NCBI GenBank assembly: GCA_039915165.1
Contig: JBDSNU010000017.1
Coordinates: 2,041-66,040 of the forward strand
Reading direction: 5' to 3'
DNA length: 64,000 nt
From: Minisyncoccota bacterium
Lineage (GTDB): Bacteria > Patescibacteriota > Minisyncoccia > Phycocordibacterales > UBA9973
Part shown: piece after piece, positions 57,838 to 64,000 of the stretch
Layout: each line of letters starts with the position of its first letter
Numbering within the stretch: the first letter of the stretch is position 1
Program-made: the position numbers and the translations under genes
The notes under the pieces: generated by a model
What the model was told of the DNA's origin: nothing
The model's database searches: none
What the model saw: only the letters and a program-made list of their open reading frames with translations

Positions 57838-59604
57838 ATGACCTCCTCAGAAATTCGTCAGAGATTTTTAGACTTTTTTGCCAAGCGCGGACATGCTATT
57901 TTGCCGAGCGCTTCTTTGGTACCAAAGAATGATCCTTCAGTATTGTTTAATACTGCTGGTATGCAGCCGCTGGTTCCTTATCTAATGGGCCGTCCACACC
58001 CACTTGGTAACCGTCTCGCTAGTTCACAGAAATGTGTACGTACTGGTGATATTGAAGATGTAGGCGACTCTCGTCACCTGACCTTTTTTGAAATGCTGGG
58101 TAACTGGTCACTCGGTGATTATTTTAAGGAAGATGCTATTAAATGGAGTTATGAATTCTTAACTTCAAAAGAAGAAGGGCTCGGGCTTGATCCTGCTCGC
58201 CTATATGTAACTGTATTTGAAGGTGATGAAAATGCACCACGTGATTTGGAGGCGGTAGAAATCTGGAAAAACTATATGCCAGAAAATCGCATTTATTTCT
58301 TACCAGCAAAAAATAATTGGTGGAGTGCTGGTGATAATGGACCTTGCGGTCCTGACAGTGAAATGTTTTATGATCCAACACCTGAAGGTTTGGGTGATAT
58401 GACACATGAACAATATATTGCTGCTGATGAAGCAGGAGATATTGTTGAAATCTGGAATGATGTGTTCATGGAATTCGAGAAAGAAAACGGCAAAGTAATC
58501 GGCAAACTTGGGTTAAAAAATATTGATACAGGTTCTGGTCTTGAGCGTATCAGTATGATGGTGCAAGGCAAATCAAATGTATACGAAGCCGATATGTTTG
58601 CTCCAGTGATGCAGTTGATAAAAGAACATGCTGGTAACTACTCAGAACGCAATGCTCGCATTGTTGCTGATCATTTGCGCACAGCACTATTTTTAATTGC
58701 TGATGGCGTTACTCCTTCAAATAAAGACCAGGGATATATCTTGCGTCGTATTATTCGCCGCGGTGTATTGAAGATGCGTACATTGATGCTGCCCGAAGGT
58801 ACACCAATTGGTAACAATATTCTTGATCACTACATAAACTTTTATGCAGAGGCATATCCTGAGATTTTGAAAGCTGATGTTCGTGCAATATTTAAAATCG
58901 AAGAAGATAAATTTCAAAAGACATTGATCAGTGGTTTGAAAGAGTTCGAAAAAGGGGTAGATCCGTTCATGCTTGCAACAACATATGGTTTCCCAATTGA
59001 GATCACTGAAGAGTTAGCATTTGAGCGCGGACTGGTAATCGATCGTGAACTATTTAATACACAAATGAGAGCTCATCAAGACTCGTCTCGTGCCGGTGCT
59101 GCTGCCAAGTTCAAAGGTGGACTAGCTGATACTAGTGAAAAGACTACACAGCTCCATACAACCCATCACTTATTACTTGCTGCATTACAACAAGTTCTCG
59201 GACCAGAAGTTCATCAGCGGGGAAGTAATATTACAGAAGAACGTCTTCGTACCGACTTCAACTTCGACCGCAAGATGACAGATGAAGAAAAATCTTCAGT
59301 TGAGCAGCTGGTTAATAGTTGGATACAGACCAATCACAAAGTATGTCGTAAGGAAATGCCTTTGGCTGAAGCGAAACAACTAGGTGCCGAAATGGAGTTT
59401 GGAGCAAAATATCCGGATATAGTGAGTGTTTATTATATAAGCCCTTCAACTAGCGTTCAGGGCGATACTATGGCTGACGCCATTAGTATCGAATTTTGTG
59501 GCGGACCTCATGTAGAACAAACTTCAGGACTCGGTACATTCAAGATACAAAAAGAAGAAGCCGTCGCTGCAGGGATACGTCGTATCAAAGCAACGCTTTC
59601 GTAA
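57838..59604 (+). CDS. alaS: Alanine--tRNA ligase (short form, lacks C-Ala)
   Basis: LFNTAGM, HLTFFEMLGNWS, GPCGPDSE, IDTGSGLER, HTTHHLL, EFCGGPHV. Confidence 0.96.
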   Translation: MTSSEIRQRFLDFFAKRGHAILPSASLVPKNDPSVLFNTAGMQPLVPYLMGRPHPLGNRLASSQKCVRTGDIEDVGDSRHLTFFEMLGNWSLGDYFKEDAIKWSYEFLTSKEEGLGLDPARLYVTVFEGDENAPRDLEAVEIWKNYMPENRIYFLPAKNNWWSAGDNGPCGPDSEMFYDPTPEGLGDMTHEQYIAADEAGDIVEIWNDVFMEFEKENGKVIGKLGLKNIDTGSGLERISMMVQGKSNVYEADMFAPVMQLIKEHAGNYSERNARIVADHLRTALFLIADGVTPSNKDQGYILRRIIRRGVLKMRTLMLPEGTPIGNNILDHYINFYAEAYPEILKADVRAIFKIEEDKFQKTLISGLKEFEKGVDPFMLATTYGFPIEITEELAFERGLVIDRELFNTQMRAHQDSSRAGAAAKFKGGLADTSEKTTQLHTTHHLLLAALQQVLGPEVHQRGSNITEERLRTDFNFDRKMTDEEKSSVEQLVNSWIQTNHKVCRKEMPLAEAKQLGAEMEFGAKYPDIVSVYYISPSTSVQGDTMADAISIEFCGGPHVEQTSGLGTFKIQKEEAVAAGIRRIKATLS

Positions 59605-59687
59605 AATAAAAAACGTAGAGGTTCGACTTCTACGTTTTTTTATTTTATTAACACTGCAATTTACTTCGTTGCTGCTATACTATACGC

Positions 59688-60851
59688 ATGGCTTCACAAG
59701 CAACTCCTATTGCGGTTTTTGATATTAGTTCAAGTAGTGTTGGCGGTGCGCACGCATTAGTATCACGCAATTCATCAGGTCAAAATGCTGTGACTATTTT
59801 AGTACAAGAGCGTCGTGATAGTGGCCTTGATGATGAATTGAACATTGAGCGATTCGTTGAAGATACAACGAAGGCATTAGAGGTCGTTATCGATCACGTA
59901 CGTACTGCAGATGTTCATCATCCTGAAGCAATTCAAATATTGCTGAGCTCACCATGGTATGTCGCACATACTCGCACTATTGTATATAACAAGACTACAG
60001 TATTTAGCTGTACGCGACGCCTCGTAGACTCTTTAATTGAAAAAGAAGTAGAGTTTTTGTTGAAACAAGCTTCTACCACTGGCGATGCCTTCGGATCCAA
60101 TTTTAAAGTAGTTGAACAACAGATTACAGAAATACTAGTGAATGGGTATCCAACAGGCGATGCATTTGGCAAAAAGGGTCAATCATTACAGATCACATTG
60201 ATGGTGACGCTTGTCCCTGATGTCGTCGTAGACCGATTTACTAGCGTATTGCGACGCAGCTATGGTGATCGTAAGATTCATGTAACTACAGCGGCACATG
60301 CAGCCTATGTGGCACTACGTGATAATGGCGGAGTACAAGCAAATTGTCTCATTGTTGATGTTGGCGAGGAAGTTACTGACATAGCATTCGTAAAAAATAA
60401 TTTATTTCTATCGCAGCATTCATTTCCTATCGGTACCTATGAACTATATCGTTCACTCGGTGCTTATACTGGCAGTACTTCTGAGGCGCGTACATTAGTT
60501 GAAGCATATCGTTTGAAGAAGCTCTCGCCGGGCAATGTTCGTTTGGTAGAAAAGGCAATTCAAACATTTGCTCTGCAGTGGCAAAAATCTTTACACCTAT
60601 CTATTGAAGAAGGTGCCCAGGGTTTTCGCATACCTGCACAATGGTATATAACTGCTGATCACCGATTTGAAACTCTTTTCCCGGCACTCCTCTCTTCTGA
60701 TACATTTTTGCAACATACCAGTGCCTCAAAAGATTTGCAGGTTACTTTTATCAAGGCAATGAGTTTCTCGGGTACAATAAAAACCATGAGCGCAGAAGAT
60801 GCTGATGCCAATTTGACCATTGGAGCATTATTTATAGAACGACTGTTATAA
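59688..60851 (+). CDS. Divergent actin-fold (FtsA/PilM-like) protein
   Basis: VFDISSSSVGG, LIVDVGEEVTDI, SFPIG. Confidence 0.65.
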   Translation: MASQATPIAVFDISSSSVGGAHALVSRNSSGQNAVTILVQERRDSGLDDELNIERFVEDTTKALEVVIDHVRTADVHHPEAIQILLSSPWYVAHTRTIVYNKTTVFSCTRRLVDSLIEKEVEFLLKQASTTGDAFGSNFKVVEQQITEILVNGYPTGDAFGKKGQSLQITLMVTLVPDVVVDRFTSVLRRSYGDRKIHVTTAAHAAYVALRDNGGVQANCLIVDVGEEVTDIAFVKNNLFLSQHSFPIGTYELYRSLGAYTGSTSEARTLVEAYRLKKLSPGNVRLVEKAIQTFALQWQKSLHLSIEEGAQGFRIPAQWYITADHRFETLFPALLSSDTFLQHTSASKDLQVTFIKAMSFSGTIKTMSAEDADANLTIGALFIERLL

Positions 60852-60853
60852 TT

Positions 60854-62149
60854 ATGGCAATGAAACTCTATGATGTAATACGTAAGGAGCACAAGGACAA
60901 AGGAATTGTAGATCCTGAACCAATGCCAACTATGTGGAAGGGTAGTCTCGAAGAGATCGAGCAACGCAAACATATTTCCGAACTCGGTGTTGAGGGTGCA
61001 AAGCGCGCCAATTGGAGAAAGCTTGTAGTGATTGTATGTGCTTTGACATTCATAGGGGGGCTTTATTTAGTTGGTATCAAATTGGTACATGCCAAGGTAA
61101 CTATTACGGAACGACGCATACCGTTTTCACTTTTCAATACACAGCTAGAGGTTGCAAATGAAAAAAACGTTGATTCAGGAAGATTATCTTTTCAAACAAT
61201 GGTAGTGACTGATACTGTTACTCGACAAGTGTTTGGTTCCGCATTGACTACCAGTACCACTAAAGCAACAGGGAGTGCTGTTGTATTCAACCAATATAGT
61301 AAGTCCGCTCAAACTATCCGCAGTGGAACTACGTTTACAGGCGCTAATGGTAAAAAATATGTTACCCAAGCATCAGTAACAGTTCCTGGATATACAGGCA
61401 CGGGTACCACTAAGGCAGCAGGGAGTACAACTGTTAATTTGATAGCAGTAGACGTTGGTCCAACATATAACTCAACTGGCACATCATTCACTATTGCAGG
61501 ATGGTCTGGTGCAAATGCAAAACTTTTATATGCTAGCTCAGCCGGAGCAATTAATGGAGGGCAAAATGGAGCTGTGCATACATTGACTGAAAGTGATCGC
61601 CAACAAGCATTGATAACACTACAAGGCGCGTTACAAGAAAAATTGGCTAGAGAAACTCGATCACAGATCCCGGACGACTTGGTAACATTCCCAGATATTC
61701 AATTTACTTCAGTTGATAGTTCGACATTAGTATTGCAAGGAACCACCATTCAATTTCCAGTTACCATCAAAGGTACAATGGTTTCTTATCTTATTCCCAG
61801 AGATCGTTTAGAGCAGGCAATTGCGAGCAAAGCTATCAGTGATCATTTATATCCTGATGTGAGTATTCCTGATCTAGGTTCAATACATGTAGAGCCTGTT
61901 TCCGTCTTACCTGCAGATCCAAAAAATATCCCATCAAGTATTTCAATTTCTGTTTCAGGACAGGGGACTATCATTACTAAAGCACCATTAACTACTATTC
62001 AACAAGCATTGCTGGGGGCTTCACATAGTGAATTTGAGCGAGTTATTTCATCTATTCCGGAAATCGATACCGCTCAATACTCTCTAACACCATTTTGGGC
62101 ACCGTATTTCCCCTATAATGCTGATCGAATAAAGCTACAAGTGAAGTAA
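60854..62149 (+). CDS. CPR membrane-anchored baseplate-J-like protein
   Basis: TM helix; KATG..V.FN, GT.F..NGK.Y, VTVPG, G.TYN, GG motifs. Confidence 0.6.
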   Translation: MAMKLYDVIRKEHKDKGIVDPEPMPTMWKGSLEEIEQRKHISELGVEGAKRANWRKLVVIVCALTFIGGLYLVGIKLVHAKVTITERRIPFSLFNTQLEVANEKNVDSGRLSFQTMVVTDTVTRQVFGSALTTSTTKATGSAVVFNQYSKSAQTIRSGTTFTGANGKKYVTQASVTVPGYTGTGTTKAAGSTTVNLIAVDVGPTYNSTGTSFTIAGWSGANAKLLYASSAGAINGGQNGAVHTLTESDRQQALITLQGALQEKLARETRSQIPDDLVTFPDIQFTSVDSSTLVLQGTTIQFPVTIKGTMVSYLIPRDRLEQAIASKAISDHLYPDVSIPDLGSIHVEPVSVLPADPKNIPSSISISVSGQGTIITKAPLTTIQQALLGASHSEFERVISSIPEIDTAQYSLTPFWAPYFPYNADRIKLQVK

Positions 62150-62192
62150 TGCTTGACCCATATTGGAATCTTTAGTATAGTGTCACTTGTCA

Positions 62193-62414
62193 ATGGCAAC
62201 ACAAGAAGAATCAGTTAGAGGAACCGTCACAGAAGCCCTCCCAAACACTATGTTTCGGGTGGAATTTGTCTCTGGTATCACTACTGGTGACACTCTCGTA
62301 TGTTACCTCGCTGGTAAAATGCGGTTGCACCGAATTAAGGTTTTAGTAGGTGATACTGTTGAAGTATTACTCGATCCCTATGGAGGAAAAGGACGTATTG
62401 TCAGAAGAGTTTAA
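62193..62414 (+). CDS. infA: Translation initiation factor IF-1
   Basis: GTVTEALPNTMFRV, AGKMRLHRIKVLVGD. Confidence 0.95.
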   Translation: MATQEESVRGTVTEALPNTMFRVEFVSGITTGDTLVCYLAGKMRLHRIKVLVGDTVEVLLDPYGGKGRIVRRV

Positions 62415-62462
62415 ATAGTATATACTACTCCGGCTTGACTCAATTGAGATCAATTTTTATTT

Positions 62463-62573
62463 ATGAAGATAAAATCAACAGTAAAAAAAATGTGCGATAA
62501 GTGTAAGATTGTTAAACGCAATCGCCACTTAGTAGTGATTTGTGATAACCCAAAGCACAAGCAAAAACAATAA
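62463..62573 (+). CDS. rpmJ: 50S ribosomal protein L36
   Basis: [36 protein letters not shown], translated by hand. Confidence 0.95.
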   Translation: MKIKSTVKKMCDKCKIVKRNRHLVVICDNPKHKQKQ

Positions 62574-62587
62574 ACCATCAGTAATAT

Positions 62588-62968
62588 ATGCGTATTTTAG
62601 GTATAAACATTCCAAATGAAAAGCGTCTCGACATTGGCCTCACTACCCTTTATGGTATTGGCCGTGCGACTGCAAACAAAGTTCTAGCTGATGCTGGAGT
62701 TACTCCAGAAACAAAGCCTACAGATCTTTCTGTAGAAAAAGAAAACGTTATTCGTAAGAATATCGAAGACCGCACTATTGAAGGAAACCTCAAGCGTGAG
62801 ATCTCTGCAAACATCAAACGTTTGAAAGATATCAAAGCATACCGTGGCGTACGTCACATGCGCAAATTACCAGTAAAGGGCCAGCGTACCAAAACTAATT
62901 CTCGAACTGTTCGTGGAAACGTTCGTAATACTATGGGAAGTGGTCGCCGTAAAGAAAGTAAGACATAA
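62588..62968 (+). CDS. rpsM: 30S ribosomal protein S13
   Basis: LTTLYGIG, YRGVRH..KLPVKGQRTKTNSRT. Confidence 0.97.
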   Translation: MRILGINIPNEKRLDIGLTTLYGIGRATANKVLADAGVTPETKPTDLSVEKENVIRKNIEDRTIEGNLKREISANIKRLKDIKAYRGVRHMRKLPVKGQRTKTNSRTVRGNVRNTMGSGRRKESKT

Positions 62969-62973
62969 ATAGT

Positions 62974-63408
62974 ATGGGAAAGAAACGTATTGCAACTCAA
63001 GAAGGACAATTGGTGGATGCTGACAAGCGCGGTCGCGCTGTTGGACGTACTCCAAAAAAGAAACTCACTACAGCTGTGTTAGCTATTGAAGCTACTTTTA
63101 ATAATACAAAGGCTGTAGTTAGTGACGTTAAAGGTAACATCCTATTTTGGTCTTCATCAGGATCTCTTGGATTCAAAGGTGCAAAAAAGGGTACACCTTT
63201 TGCTGCCTCTAAGGTGGGTGAAATTCTTGCTGAAAAAGCTGTAACTGCTGGTATCAAAGAAGTAAATGTTATGGTAAAAGGTGTTGGAAGTGGACGCGAA
63301 CCCTTGATCCGCGCATTCGTTGCACCCGGTATCGAACTATTATCAATTAAAGATAAGACTCCGGTTCCACACAATGGTCCAAAGGCTAAGAAGCCACGAA
63401 GAGTTTAA
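62974..63408 (+). CDS. rpsK: 30S ribosomal protein S11
   Basis: ATFNNT, GFKGAKKGTPFAA, TPVPHNG. Confidence 0.97.
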   Translation: MGKKRIATQEGQLVDADKRGRAVGRTPKKKLTTAVLAIEATFNNTKAVVSDVKGNILFWSSSGSLGFKGAKKGTPFAASKVGEILAEKAVTAGIKEVNVMVKGVGSGREPLIRAFVAPGIELLSIKDKTPVPHNGPKAKKPRRV

Positions 63409-63419
63409 AGTAAAAATAT

Positions 63420-64000
63420 ATGATTTTAGGAGCAAAATACAAAATGTGTCGTCGATTGGGTTCTGGAGTGTTTGAAAAGTGTCAAACTCCAAAATACCTT
63501 TTGTCTGAGGCAAAAAAATCTAAAGTAGGTAAAGGCAAGCGCCCAAAGGCTTTGTCTGGCTACGGTACACAGCTTATTGAAAAGCAAAAAGTTCGTTTTT
63601 CATATGGTGTTAGTGAACGTCAGCTTTCAAACTATGTAAAAAGTGCTACACAAGTAAAAGGTATGCCTGTTACTGACAAGCTTTACGAGGAACTAGAAAA
63701 TCGTCTTGATAACGTAGTGTATCGTCTAGGTTTTGCACACACACGTCGTTTCGCCCGTCAGCTCGTTTCTCACGGTCACTTCACTGTTAATGGCAAGAAA
63801 ACTACTGTTGCATCTCAAACAGTTCACGTGGGTGATATTGTTGCAGTTCGCGAAGGTAGTCGTAAGAGTCCAATCTTCACTGACTTTACTACAAAAGTTA
63901 AAAACTACACTTGGCCAAAATGGTTGAAACTTACACCTGAATCTCTTCAGGCAGAAGTGGTATCAAAGCCAAAAAATGAAGAAAACTTTCTTCAGTTCGA
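63420..64000 (+). CDS. rpsD: 30S ribosomal protein S4 (3' partial)
   Basis: MILGAKYKMCRRLG, YGTQLIEKQK, LENRLDNVVYRLG, ARQLVSHGH. Confidence 0.95.
   Translation, partial: MILGAKYKMCRRLGSGVFEKCQTPKYLLSEAKKSKVGKGKRPKALSGYGTQLIEKQKVRFSYGVSERQLSNYVKSATQVKGMPVTDKLYEELENRLDNVVYRLGFAHTRRFARQLVSHGHFTVNGKKTTVASQTVHVGDIVAVREGSRKSPIFTDFTTKVKNYTWPKWLKLTPESLQAEVVSKPKNEENFLQF

Overview
This window looks like a Patescibacteria/CPR (Parcubacteria-like) chromosome, judged from shortened ValRS and AlaRS, CPR-type conserved hypotheticals, an S74-chaperone fibre protein, apparent leaderless promoters and standard code 11. Most of it is housekeeping: lepA, valS, tsaD, gmk, glyA, folD, trxB, ftsZ, ftsA, ybeY, rpsU, priA, mreB, frr, rseP, mltG, mnmA, alaS, infA-rpmJ-rpsM-rpsK-rpsD and four tRNAs. 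Many single-gene orphan units are interspersed. The main feature is an island at about 15.1-29.7 kb anchored on the 3' end of a minus-strand tRNA-Glu(TTC). Its large serine recombinase ORF runs through the att core GTGACCCCAC into the antisense tRNA. Five further copies of this core lie 9.5-14.5 kb to the left, at 15114, 16572, 17983, 19305 and 20156. Each copy is followed by a start-less, roughly 30-codon homologous reading frame (consensus DPTAWLSEL..xDYIKSSI..L) that is in frame with the recombinase's GDP codons at the core. The copies delimit 0.85-1.46 kb cassettes with their own promoters and terminators. I interpret this as an integron- or shufflon-like cassette array in which each excision choice gives a different cargo set and a different recombinase C-terminus. 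This is inference and has not been tested. Other observations include three adjacent stand-alone RNAP alpha-CTD proteins, umuDC with a GAAC-N4-GTTC box, a GNRA-rich structured RNA candidate, REP-like palindromes inserted in frame in essential genes, and Bacteroidota-style secreted orphans.
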